Source of the DNA: a virus
Lineage: Duplodnaviria > Caudoviricetes
Strand: one strand, 5' to 3'
Virus record (IMG/VR): IMGVR_UViG_3300032225_000468
Span: 1 to 28,461 of that record
DNA: 28,461 bases
The position numbers and the translations under genes were made by a program. Of this stretch, positions 17,194 through 25,543 are shown in pieces (position 1 is the first letter of the stretch; each line of letters starts with the position of its first letter). The notes below the pieces were generated by a model. The model saw only the letters and a list, made by a program, of their open reading frames with translations, did not search any database and had not been told where the DNA came from.

Positions 17194-17531
17194 TAGCGGC
17201 CTCCGATGATGAACTTGTAGAGGGCGGCCAGCATATGCAATTGGCCGGTCTTGTGGTAGTAGTTGAACCCTGCCGCAGCTGCGACATCCCCTGGAGCATT
17301 GGACTTGACGACTACTCGAGGACGACGGCCACGGGGTTCGTAGATCACGCTAAAGCCAGCGTCGGAGTATCCGTCAATCGTACCGCCGGGACCATTATCG
17401 GCAACGGTGGCAGTAGCGGCCAGCTCATCGGCGACCTTCTGGCCAGCATCTATGAGGATGGAGCGCATACCGAGTTGATCCATAACGTCGATTAGCCCTT
17501 CCTCATGCCATTCGACGCGAGTCTTAGCCAC
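17193..17531 (-). CDS. Neck / tail completion protein
   Basis: Position and size in the neck module. Confidence 0.65.
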   Translation of the reverse strand: MAKTRVEWHEEGLIDVMDQLGMRSILIDAGQKVADELAATATVADNGPGGTIDGYSDAGFSVIYEPRGRRPRVVVKSNAPGDVAAAAGFNYYHKTGQLHMLAALYKFIIGGR

Positions 17532-17841
17532 GGCGTTGACGGAGGTGAATTACCGTACCTGGATTGCCACCGAATGGATTCGTCCAGTCTTGCTGACCAT
17601 CGAATATCCAGTCGCTCCCACGGACCGTAAATAGGTCGTTTGGGTAAGTGACTAGGGCAGAGGTTAGGTAGAGGGTAATGGTGGCGTCTGAGGGCGTTCT
17701 AGCGGCCTCTGAGTTAGTTCCCTGAGAGTTCCAGCCCACCAGAACATCGTTGACCGTGACCGTCGAGGTGGTGTAGGTGGGGTTCCCGAAGGCATCGGTG
17801 GAGAGGGCCGTCGACCTGGTGATGGTGATGGTCTCACCCAT
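17524..17841 (-). CDS. Head-to-tail stopper
   Basis: ETITI.R...DAFGNP...VRG..W...G...W..PF. Confidence 0.8.
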   Translation of the reverse strand: MGETITITRSTALSTDAFGNPTYTTSTVTVNDVLVGWNSQGTNSEAARTPSDATITLYLTSALVTYPNDLFTVRGSDWIFDGQQDWTNPFGGNPGTVIHLRQRRG

Positions 17842-17843
17842 GA

Positions 17844-18371
17844 CTAGTACTCGAGGCCGTTATAAGGGTAGGGAAGGTTATTTAGAGATGCCTGAGCGAG
17901 ACAATAGCCACAATCGCAGCCCTGAGTGTGTAGTGCAGGAAGGTAGGGAGCGCCTTCCTGGTAGCCGTTGCCAGTCATTACGAGCATTCCGACTCCGACT
18001 CCCATATGAGGGGCCATGTCGACTGAGAAAGCCTTATTCGGGATAATCGGTGAGAGCATTCCAAGCTCATCTTCGGTCATCCATAGATCAACTGTTCCGA
18101 CGTTCTTAGCAGAGGTGAATGGGCCGGTGGTCTGAGATGAGTAGGTGGCATTGTCCGGGTTACGGAGTACGCGAGTGACCATGCGGCAAGTAACGAAAGT
18201 GATGATTGAGGCAGAAAGTTTGCCTGAATCTACGCGCCCTTGAATAGACGGATATTCGTTGAGGATGACCGCCTCAGCATCCTGGATTAATGCGCGAAGT
18301 AGTTGGTCGTTGTCCGGGACGTTGTCACCGATCCAACGTTCGCGGATGTCTTGAGGGGTTGTCCAGTTCAT
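17844..18371 (-). CDS. Head-to-tail adaptor (Gp19/Gp15/Gp42-like)
   Basis: WTTPQDI..RW...LI.DAE...MV.RVLRNP...T.GPF; start ATG 18371 after GGAG. Confidence 0.85.
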   Translation of the reverse strand: MNWTTPQDIRERWIGDNVPDNDQLLRALIQDAEAVILNEYPSIQGRVDSGKLSASIITFVTCRMVTRVLRNPDNATYSSQTTGPFTSAKNVGTVDLWMTEDELGMLSPIIPNKAFSVDMAPHMGVGVGMLVMTGNGYQEGAPYLPALHTQGCDCGYCLAQASLNNLPYPYNGLEY

Positions 18372-18396
18372 GAGGCTCCGTTCGAGGGTAGTAATG

Positions 18397-18431
18397 CAGA
18401 AAGTGGGGCCGAGCCGAAGCCCGACCCCACT
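18397..18431 (-). terminator. Intrinsic terminator after the major capsid gene
   Basis: GTGGGGTCGGGC-TTCG-GCTCGGCCCCAC-TTTCT. Confidence 0.85.
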
Positions 18432-18450
18432 CTCAAAACTGCGGTACGGA

Positions 18451-19248
18451 CTAGGCCGTAGCGGTGATGTACTGAACAGCCGTGGCCAGCGTGACCTTCG
18501 AGCCGTAGACGTGGAGTCCGCGGACGATGTCGCTGAATGAGCTGATGTCGCGCAGTGCTTCGACCTTGTCGAGCTGCGAAACGTAGGCCGTAGCGGCCTC
18601 GTGGTAGCCAACAGCCTGAGCCTTGGTCTCAGCGAAGAGAGCGGACTCGACGATGGTCATGCCGTAAAGACGACCGATGACACCGTTGCGAAGACCTGAG
18701 TCAATGCCAGCCTGGGCAGCGTCGCTCAAACCTGAGAGCAAGAGGTCAGCCATAGCCGAGTTAACGACGCAGTAGCGACCGTTAGCAGGGACCTTAGCGG
18801 CGCTCATTGCGGTGCGGAGCTTACGGATAGCAGCCTTAGCCTGGTCGCCCGTTGTGATTGCGGTCGTACCGTTGGAAGTTCCACCTGAGATCATCTGAGC
18901 GATGACGTACTTTTCGGAATCTTCGGCGAGAGCCTTACCGGCGGCAACAGTCCACTGGTCGAAGGTGCCAGCAGCCTGAACACGGTCAACGTCATCGACC
19001 TTGAAAGCGAAAGCCTTCTTCTGGTTGATGAGCAGCTGGACAGTCGAGTCGCTCAACGCTTCAGCGGAGAGTGAACCTGCATAGGTCGAGATGGTCGGGG
19101 TAACAGCACCGGTCACATTGACGGTGTTGCCATCGCGAGCTTCGCCCGAGTAGGTCGTGGTGAGGGTTGGGATAACTACCTGGTTCTGGAAGAAAGCGGT
19201 GTTAACGCCAGCAGACCAGATTGCAGGAATGAAGTTGGAGATTGCCAT
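18451..19248 (-). CDS. Major capsid protein (265 aa, P22-coat-like HK97 fold, no delta domain)
   Basis: FIPAIWS...G.TV...L.I.Q.K.FAF.VDDVD...NG.IG.L.G...D.VRGLHVYG.KV; terminator downstream. Confidence 0.92.
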   Translation of the reverse strand: MAISNFIPAIWSAGVNTAFFQNQVVIPTLTTTYSGEARDGNTVNVTGAVTPTISTYAGSLSAEALSDSTVQLLINQKKAFAFKVDDVDRVQAAGTFDQWTVAAGKALAEDSEKYVIAQMISGGTSNGTTAITTGDQAKAAIRKLRTAMSAAKVPANGRYCVVNSAMADLLLSGLSDAAQAGIDSGLRNGVIGRLYGMTIVESALFAETKAQAVGYHEAATAYVSQLDKVEALRDISSFSDIVRGLHVYGSKVTLATAVQYITATA

Positions 19249-19277
19249 TTGGAATCTGCCTTTCTTTGGTTAGGGAT

Positions 19278-19673
19278 TTAAGACTTACCTAGAAGGGAGT
19301 CGAGTCGCCCTGCGGCCTTCGCTGCCATGATCTCGGTGGGAGTCATAGTCTCCAGATCGTTCCGCGAAAGTTGTCCTGGGACAACTGCGAGTAATGATTC
19401 GGGGATTATCCACATCTTACACACGGCTTCGGGTTCAATCAAACCTGTGACGATTTGACAGCCATTCCCGAGCTCATCGTAGAAGATGCAGTTCGAGCAC
19501 ATAAGACCCTCAGCCTTGAATGGATTGAGTGCAGCGGCCGCATAATGCGCACCATCGGCGTAGGGAGACTTATCGAACTTGTCATATTTAAGGACGATTT
19601 CGTTAAGGTCCTCAGCCAACTCTTGCTGGCGCTCATTTAGGAGGTCCCATTCTTCGGGCATTGGCATTGTCAT
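19278..19673 (-). CDS. HiPIP-like four-Cys protein carrying a copy of the scaffold C-terminal peptide
   Basis: Y44...C59-x2-C62-IFY...C72-QIVTGLIEP-EAV-C85-KMW; C-terminus MTPTEIMAAKAAGRLDSLLGK. Confidence 0.7.
   Translation of the reverse strand: MTMPMPEEWDLLNERQQELAEDLNEIVLKYDKFDKSPYADGAHYAAAALNPFKAEGLMCSNCIFYDELGNGCQIVTGLIEPEAVCKMWIIPESLLAVVPGQLSRNDLETMTPTEIMAAKAAGRLDSLLGKS
19284..19346 (-). repeat. Diverged duplicate of the scaffold 3' end (partner at 19689-19751)
   Basis: 17 of 21 aa identical, with many third-position differences. Confidence 0.9.
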
Positions 19674-19685
19674 TATGTACCTTTG

Positions 19686-20228
19686 TTATTTGCCCAGCAG
19701 TTGGTCGAGGCGGCCATCAGCCTTAGCCTTCATGATCTCCTGGGGAGTCATGCGATCTAGTTGAGCAACGTCGGTGATAGCACCGGCGGTCTGGCTTGCA
19801 GCCTTGCCCTGACTTACATCGGGAAGTGGAGTTTTTGGAGCGTTGGCCGTGGCAATAAGTGCGAGAATCACATCCGCTTCGGCCTCGAGTTCCTCTTGAG
19901 TCGATCCGCGTAAGAGTTTGGTGGCATCGCCAGTAATCCCCTTTGCGCTTGCAATCTGCAAACGTAGGAGCTCAGCACGGGCAGATTCTGCTTCGGCCTT
20001 AGTGGCGGCCAGTTCCTCAGCGAGTCGCTCTTGAATTGGCTTTTGGGCGGCCTCAAACTCACGCCAACGGGCGGCGGCATCGGCATCAGCCTTAGCCAAC
20101 TTCTCCCATTTGCGAGCGTTTTTCTTCCATGAATCCAGTGAATCCTCTACGACCTGCGTCGCTTCGGTTTCTACGGTCTCAATCGTTTCCTCGACTAATG
20201 CAGTCTCGGTAGTTGTCTCTTCACTCAT
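19686..20228 (-). CDS. Capsid scaffolding protein
   Basis: Acidic N-terminus, WK..ARKWE, coiled coil, L.G.T.EEL...A, P..SQG. Confidence 0.9.
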   Translation of the reverse strand: MSEETTTETALVEETIETVETEATQVVEDSLDSWKKNARKWEKLAKADADAAARWREFEAAQKPIQERLAEELAATKAEAESARAELLRLQIASAKGITGDATKLLRGSTQEELEAEADVILALIATANAPKTPLPDVSQGKAASQTAGAITDVAQLDRMTPQEIMKAKADGRLDQLLGK

Positions 20229-20233
20229 AATGC

Positions 20234-20263
20234 TCCTCTGCAGGATTGGCGACCATGCGGTCG
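20234..20263 (-). promoter_or_regulatory. Paired GCAN-loop mini-hairpins in the scaffold leader
   Basis: CGACC-GCAT-GGTCG and TCCT-GCAG-AGGA (the second overlaps the RBS). Confidence 0.5.
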
Positions 20264-20269
20264 GTTTAG

Positions 20270-20986
20270 TTAGGCGCGTCCGGTGTTGGCTCTCATTTTG
20301 GCAAGAACTTCCTTAGCCGTACCACCCTGGGCATCATCATACTCCTGGGCGAAATCGGCGTAGTAGTCCGGCACAATTGGAGCCTCACCCTCAAAGACGA
20401 CCTCGGTGGTGCAGTGGCAGTTAGCATGAAAGTCTGGTTCGTAGGTGTAGGTCCGAGTTCCGATTAGGTTTCCGTCAGCTGCGCTAGTCGTCGAGAACGC
20501 CATAAGAGCGCAGAATGCGCAGGCTCCAGGCTCCGCTACTCGTTGGACCGTTTTAGAGACTGAGTCCTGGCCAGCGTTAAAGTCCATCGTCTGGCGATTG
20601 TATTGAGCAACGTAAAGGGTCATGGCATTAGAGAGGATGTCGGGGATGGTGTCGAACCCTTGATCCATGAAGGTCGCCATCCCGTAGTTCACTACCGCAT
20701 CGGTCTTGGCACCGAGGTCGAATATCGGGAGTGTTGCCTTATAGACCTTGGTCGAGTTGGCAAAGAGTTCTCGAGTGGTGTCGTAATAGTCGGCGGCCGT
20801 GACGGCGTTGATGTTCCCATAGCGCCCGATTATGCCTGGAACGACCTGACGGAGAAAGCCGCCTAGTTCGTTCTGATCCAGGTTGGCTCCCTTGCTTAGC
20901 ACCGGTACGGCCTCGCGCTTCATCAGCGTTGAGACCTGGAGCATGGTGTTCCGGTTCTTTAGTGCGAGCGCGTTACGCGTTGGCAT
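20270..20986 (-). CDS. MuF-like head morphogenesis protein
   Basis: RVAEPGACAFCALMA...FHANCHC; between portal and scaffold. Confidence 0.8.
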   Translation of the reverse strand: MPTRNALALKNRNTMLQVSTLMKREAVPVLSKGANLDQNELGGFLRQVVPGIIGRYGNINAVTAADYYDTTRELFANSTKVYKATLPIFDLGAKTDAVVNYGMATFMDQGFDTIPDILSNAMTLYVAQYNRQTMDFNAGQDSVSKTVQRVAEPGACAFCALMAFSTTSAADGNLIGTRTYTYEPDFHANCHCTTEVVFEGEAPIVPDYYADFAQEYDDAQGGTAKEVLAKMRANTGRA

Positions 20987-22338
20987 TATGGAGCAGGAGT
21001 GGGATTAGCCGCCTGGGCAAGTTGAGCCACTAGATCGGTGGCACCGTTCCGCGCCTTGTCTCGTTGGAGTTGAGCCTTTTCCGCGTCACTGAAGTTGAGT
21101 CGGTTATAGGTGACTTCCGAATCAGGTAGCAGGACTCCGGCAGCGATGAGTTTCACAGCTGCGTCAGTCGAGGCCGCCACGGTAGGAGTCGAGGCATCGC
21201 GCCAGATTGGGCGCACGTCGTTGACCTCTTCGGGAATTACACCGTCACGGATCAAGAGTGAGAGTTTAGCTACTTCTGACCAGGTGCGCCCGAACTGCTT
21301 TTGACGGCGCTCAGCCTTTTTCACCAGTCGGTTCTCGAGCGCACGGATTGCGTCGGCGCTTGCCGGGTTATCCGTTTGGAGTCCGAGGTAGGACGTGGGG
21401 ATAGAGGTTTCCGCGGCGAGAATCTGAGCGTAGGCGCGGAGTTGGTTAAAGTACGGCTCCGGCGAGTTGGCCGAAAACTGACCTACCTGGGGCATTACGC
21501 CATCGTCATCGTTGTACCCGATACCTAGGACGCGGCCCTGAATCACGGACCAGCCTTCGGTGGGGTTTCCGTCAGCGTCCACAAAGGCATCCTCTGAGGC
21601 TCCGAGAATATAACGCTGGGGGGCTGAATAGAACTCTCGAGCGACTTCTGCACCTACGAGGGTTCGCATCGCGGAATCAGTGACGGACATCACGGCCCTG
21701 GTTATCTCAGAACGGCCCCAGGGGTCGCCAGAGCGTGGATTATTGATGAGGGGGGCGCAGGGTACTCGACCCAACATATGGTCGTCACGGCCGATTTCTA
21801 GCCAACCATCACGCGTATTGCCGAAGGTGATAGTTACATCCTTCAGGTACAGGGAACCGCCATTGACGTTGCCCTTCTCATCGAAGGTGGCGAGCAGAGC
21901 TGCGAGGGGTCGACGCGTTCTCATGTCATAGATCGCCGTGGCTCGCTTAGGGGATTCGATGGTGATGAGTGGGTCGGGCTCACCTTCCATGCCCTTACCG
22001 ACAAAGACGAAGCCAGAGCCGTAGATGAGCGCGTCTTTGTGACCTTGTGAGGATTCGAGGTCCAGTTCGTTAGCGCGGTAGACCACATCGAGTCCGAGGT
22101 TCGCACCGCCAATCCAGCCCTCAAAGTCCAGGCGCTCCTCGAGTACGTCGACAGCCGTACCGCACCAGCCCACTACTGAGTTCAGTAGACGTAGTGACGG
22201 TGGGACCGAGATGCGCAGATCCTTCAGACGTTGCTTGCCTTCGTAGTAGCACTCACGGATCGAGTTCTGAAACTGATGGTTGATGAGCTTCTGACTGAGC
22301 GCGTCAATGATGTTGGATTCTTCGAGGCTGAGACTCAT
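20986..22338 (-). CDS. Portal protein (SPP1 gp6-like)
   Basis: YYEG.Q...W...AVD...ERL...G.SEI...EFYSAPQR...NPASADAI. Confidence 0.95.
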   Translation of the reverse strand: MSLSLEESNIIDALSQKLINHQFQNSIRECYYEGKQRLKDLRISVPPSLRLLNSVVGWCGTAVDVLEERLDFEGWIGGANLGLDVVYRANELDLESSQGHKDALIYGSGFVFVGKGMEGEPDPLITIESPKRATAIYDMRTRRPLAALLATFDEKGNVNGGSLYLKDVTITFGNTRDGWLEIGRDDHMLGRVPCAPLINNPRSGDPWGRSEITRAVMSVTDSAMRTLVGAEVAREFYSAPQRYILGASEDAFVDADGNPTEGWSVIQGRVLGIGYNDDDGVMPQVGQFSANSPEPYFNQLRAYAQILAAETSIPTSYLGLQTDNPASADAIRALENRLVKKAERRQKQFGRTWSEVAKLSLLIRDGVIPEEVNDVRPIWRDASTPTVAASTDAAVKLIAAGVLLPDSEVTYNRLNFSDAEKAQLQRDKARNGATDLVAQLAQAANPTPAP

Positions 22339-23852
22339 AGGATTAGCGCCTTCCTAGACGTAGTGGACTTTTGGCGCTCTTTTGTTGCCTGGCGAGCACC
22401 ATTCGCCAGTACCGCGCAGGCGAGCAAGTCGATTTTGCGCGGAGAGTTCTTCTTTTCCTTCCTAAAACTACCAGCCTCTGTCGCCACAGCGTTGAGAACA
22501 TGGCGAGTTAGTCGGGCATCGCCATCATGGCCAATCTCGCCAGACACTAAATCGGCTAAAAACTGCTGAGCCATTGGGGCCACGCGATGATTCGTTGGGG
22601 GGATTCGCTCGACGCGGCGCTTGTAAGTCTTGGACCAGTCAAGGACGTTGGCTTCGTAGAACGATGGATCACACCACAGCATCTTCACGTCGTATTGCTC
22701 AAAGAGTTTCTTAATCGAGGCTTCGACTTCGTGCTGGTCGACCGTCCATTCTGGGTCCTGACTATCGGGCTCCCAGACTTGATGGACTCCGAGCGTCCCC
22801 GTGACCACGTCCTGGATAACGATGCCCGTAGCGTCGCCAGAGATCGAACCGTCGAAACCGGCCGTAACCTGAGCACCCTTGGCAATCCCTTCCGGGCGTT
22901 GAGATAGTCCCCAGTAGTGGGGCGAGATGAAGTCCTCACCGGCTAGGCGCACCCACTTATTTAGGCGATAACGCTGAAACGCTGAAAATCCCGTGGCACC
23001 GGCCTCTGCGATGGCGGCCTCGAAGTCGCCTTGATCCATGAGCCCTTCGGCGAGGTTGGGGTTTGCAGCTCTCCAGGTGACGGGGTCGGTCGGGTCTGCA
23101 TCATCTTGAGCTTCCCACCACCAGAACCCGAACTGAGGGTCCTCGATCTCTCCGTTCGACACGCGTCGGCCATATTCGTAGAGTCTTCCTAGCAGGGTGT
23201 CGGTGTGACCTCCGGCCGTGGTAATGGCTACGACCAGCGATTCGGGGCGGTCGCCGGAGCCCTGGGTAAGTGCTTCCCACAGCTCATCGCCACGTTGGTT
23301 CGACATCGACGACGGCCACGCGTGCAGTTCATCGGCCACGACTAGCGATGGGGCTAGACCATGAGCCCTCATGGCGTCAGCGGACAGTGCCCGGTAGATC
23401 GACCCTTTCGAGGGCAGTTCGAGCACGTCTTTATAAACCTTGATAATGCGCGATAGGGCAGGATTGTCCAGGACTTGTTGACGAGCCTCACCGAAGACGA
23501 TACGAGCCTGGGCGCGGTCACTCGCTGCAGAGTAGACCTGACCACCTGGAGCGCCATAGACCAGGTGCTCGAGCGCAATGGCGGTTCCCAGTAGAGACTT
23601 GCCATTCTTACGGGGTAGGCCGATTACAGCTCTGCGGTAGCGCATTAGGCCGGTGGCCGGGTTGACCTCAAAGAGTCGATCCATGAGCCACGATTGCCAC
23701 GCGGTGAAGTCCACCGGTTCCCCGACCTTGAACCCTCGGGATGCCTTTAGGAGCGTCGAGGCGAAGTCCGTGACATTTGGTCCCCTCGTTAGATCGGTGA
23801 GTGAGGGGACGGAGTAGGCCGGAGCCCAGAGTTCATCAGCCGCCGGTAGCAC
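22335..23852 (-). CDS. terL: Terminase large subunit
   Basis: Walker A PRKNGKS, Walker B VVADELH, ITTAG, ANP, GFDGS...D, KID. Confidence 0.97.
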   Translation of the reverse strand: MLPAADELWAPAYSVPSLTDLTRGPNVTDFASTLLKASRGFKVGEPVDFTAWQSWLMDRLFEVNPATGLMRYRRAVIGLPRKNGKSLLGTAIALEHLVYGAPGGQVYSAASDRAQARIVFGEARQQVLDNPALSRIIKVYKDVLELPSKGSIYRALSADAMRAHGLAPSLVVADELHAWPSSMSNQRGDELWEALTQGSGDRPESLVVAITTAGGHTDTLLGRLYEYGRRVSNGEIEDPQFGFWWWEAQDDADPTDPVTWRAANPNLAEGLMDQGDFEAAIAEAGATGFSAFQRYRLNKWVRLAGEDFISPHYWGLSQRPEGIAKGAQVTAGFDGSISGDATGIVIQDVVTGTLGVHQVWEPDSQDPEWTVDQHEVEASIKKLFEQYDVKMLWCDPSFYEANVLDWSKTYKRRVERIPPTNHRVAPMAQQFLADLVSGEIGHDGDARLTRHVLNAVATEAGSFRKEKKNSPRKIDLLACAVLANGARQATKERQKSTTSRKALIL

Positions 23853-24330
23853 GTTGCGCCCTACGCTGCGCTAGTTCGTCGAGCTCATCGCGAACCCGTA
23901 CTTCGGCCAGCCCTAGTCGAGCGCGGTCCGAAGGGGAGAAACCGATAGCGGATAGCCAAGTAGTCATCTGGGTTCGCAGCTCTTTAAGTTGGTTGACCAT
24001 CGGGTGGGTCACAATCTGGCCGTTCGCCGTCTCATAGAAACGGGCGATATGACCTTCCCAGATTCCGCGCCGAATGTTCTCAGCCTCATCATGGGCGCGG
24101 CAGAGCATCTCGATCATCGTGCGGTCGGACTCTGGGGAGAGCCATTGCTTACCAGCGGTCCATATATGGTTCCACAGAATCAGTCCATCGTCGTAGAGTC
24201 CGACGGGAGCCATTGGTATCGACGTAGATCCAGGTAGGTGTGGAGCGTCGGTAGTGGGGTGGGGTTTCTTGGTGCGCTCTTTAGGAGCCGGTGGTCGGCC
24301 CATAGGTCGACCAGTGTTTGCCTTTGGCAT
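23836..24330 (-). CDS. terS: Terminase small subunit (P27-like)
   Basis: GRPP...W...HP......L..IG.SPSDRARL; immediately upstream of terL. Confidence 0.88.
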   Translation of the reverse strand: MPKANTGRPMGRPPAPKERTKKPHPTTDAPHLPGSTSIPMAPVGLYDDGLILWNHIWTAGKQWLSPESDRTMIEMLCRAHDEAENIRRGIWEGHIARFYETANGQIVTHPMVNQLKELRTQMTTWLSAIGFSPSDRARLGLAEVRVRDELDELAQRRAQRATGG

Positions 24331-24346
24331 TAGTTTCCTTTTCCAT

Positions 24347-24382
24347 CTAATCCATGCGGTTTAGCGTGGTGGCCCTGCGGCC
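24347..24382 (-). promoter_or_regulatory. Paired GCAN-loop mini-hairpins in the terS leader
   Basis: GGCC-GCAG-GGCC and CTAAACC-GCAT-GGATTAG. Confidence 0.5.
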
Positions 24383-24482
24383 TTCAGTTATCTTACCCAG
24401 CCGGGGGGGAACATCCATATAGCCACGCGTCGACTAACCGGCACGACAGCCATCGGAGAGGGGGGAGGGTCGGGTACCCAGG
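24383..24482. other. Candidate cos / packaging initiation region
   Basis: Non-coding gap between HNH and terS with G7 and G6 runs; positional inference only. Confidence 0.4.
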
Positions 24483-24830
24483 TCAACGCCTTCTCTTCGG
24501 TCGATTTAATTGTTTAACTTCGTTTGCTTCTTTTGCAGTCTTGAACCGGTGGCAGTGGGGAGCGATGCGGTCATGGACTGCCCGTAGGTTGGGGAGGGAG
24601 TGGTCGTCCCCCGCCACGACATGATCGACGGTGTCAGCATTGGGACCTCCACAGATGTAGCAGATGTACTTATCCCGCCGGAGTACTACGCCCCTACGGG
24701 TGCGCCAGTCTTTTGGAAGACGTGCCGCCCTAGTACTGCCCTGCCAATGAACTTGATGGTCTAAACATTTTCCACGGTTAACGGCCAGAGCGACACAGCC
24801 TGGATCAGCGCATGGAGTCGGAGCCAGCAT
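24483..24830 (-). CDS. Terminase-associated HNH endonuclease
   Basis: W...R..VL.RD.Y.CYIC...VDH...NL...CH..KT. Confidence 0.9.
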   Translation of the reverse strand: MLAPTPCADPGCVALAVNRGKCLDHQVHWQGSTRAARLPKDWRTRRGVVLRRDKYICYICGGPNADTVDHVVAGDDHSLPNLRAVHDRIAPHCHRFKTAKEANEVKQLNRPKRRR

Positions 24831-25222
24831 TAGAACCGGGTACGTACTCCGTTGTCGATTAGCCACAGCACGACACCTGGCACTAATGGCTTCAGCCCGG
24901 TTAGGATTGCTTCATTGTTATCCGTGAAGTCCGAGATGCGATGGGCCTTGATGAGTCGGGCCTTCTCCTCAATGACGGCTTGCTCCGAGCTCGCGTTGCA
25001 GTAGTAGATCGCGCCAGTCCAGTTGGGTTCGTTAGTCTTGAGCCAGTCAGCGGTCGCGGTTCGTACACCGGCTGAGGCGTGAGGTCGGGCCGTGATGACG
25101 GTAAAGGCCACGTCGGGCTGATACAAAACCTTGGCCTGACGAAATACCGTCTCGAGTCCTCGAGTGGATGCCTGGGCAAAGTCCACCGCTGCGAGTGTGT
25201 CGTCTAAATCAAAGGCTTCCAT
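24830..25222 (-). CDS. HAD-superfamily phosphatase (capless, PNKP-phosphatase-like)
   Basis: FDLDDT, ITAR, K, DN motifs; start ATG 25222 after GAGGA. Confidence 0.8.
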   Translation of the reverse strand: MEAFDLDDTLAAVDFAQASTRGLETVFRQAKVLYQPDVAFTVITARPHASAGVRTATADWLKTNEPNWTGAIYYCNASSEQAVIEEKARLIKAHRISDFTDNNEAILTGLKPLVPGVVLWLIDNGVRTRF

Positions 25223-25541
25223 TGTTGTCCTCAAACTTGATGATGGTCTCGGAGAATGTCTTTCCAGCATCTCCTCCCCATGCGTCCCACGCGACTCGAC
25301 CTGGTGTGGGGAATCCAGGCTCACCGAAGTTAAATCCAGCGGCGTTCTTATCGACCTCATGACGAGCGAGGTAGGAGGCCATGCGGCGCACAATGTCCGA
25401 CGAGACGGGCTTACCAACTGCGAGGTCTGATGCTCGACGGCGGCCAACGTCGGTAAAGCCAGCGCCAGCCTTACCTTCAGCGATCCAAGCGACAGCACGC
25501 TTAGCGGCCTCGATGACTCCCTGAGTCGGTTCGTAGTTCAT
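25209..25541 (-). CDS. Conserved phage protein of unknown function
   Basis: A.RA..W...G.T.VG.RRA..LA...RM.SY.ARH...P.PGRVAW..WGG.AG. Confidence 0.75.
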   Translation of the reverse strand: MNYEPTQGVIEAAKRAVAWIAEGKAGAGFTDVGRRRASDLAVGKPVSSDIVRRMASYLARHEVDKNAAGFNFGEPGFPTPGRVAWDAWGGDAGKTFSETIIKFEDNNGSL

Positions 25542-25543
25542 GA

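Noticed and set aside
18372-18611. N-terminal extensions of track ORFs (17844-18611; likewise 24830-25498, 5156-6439, 2265-2627, 1004-1474, 396-701)
   Set aside because: They overlap upstream genes, terminators or promoters; downstream starts have an RBS or coupling overlap.
19284-19751. Duplicated segment as a DGR template/variable repeat pair or a misassembly
   Set aside because: There is no reverse transcriptase, the differences are mostly silent and not adenine-specific, and the copies are too diverged for an assembly artefact.
24400-24475. G-quadruplex
   Set aside because: The G-runs are too unevenly spaced to support it; the region is better treated as a candidate packaging site.
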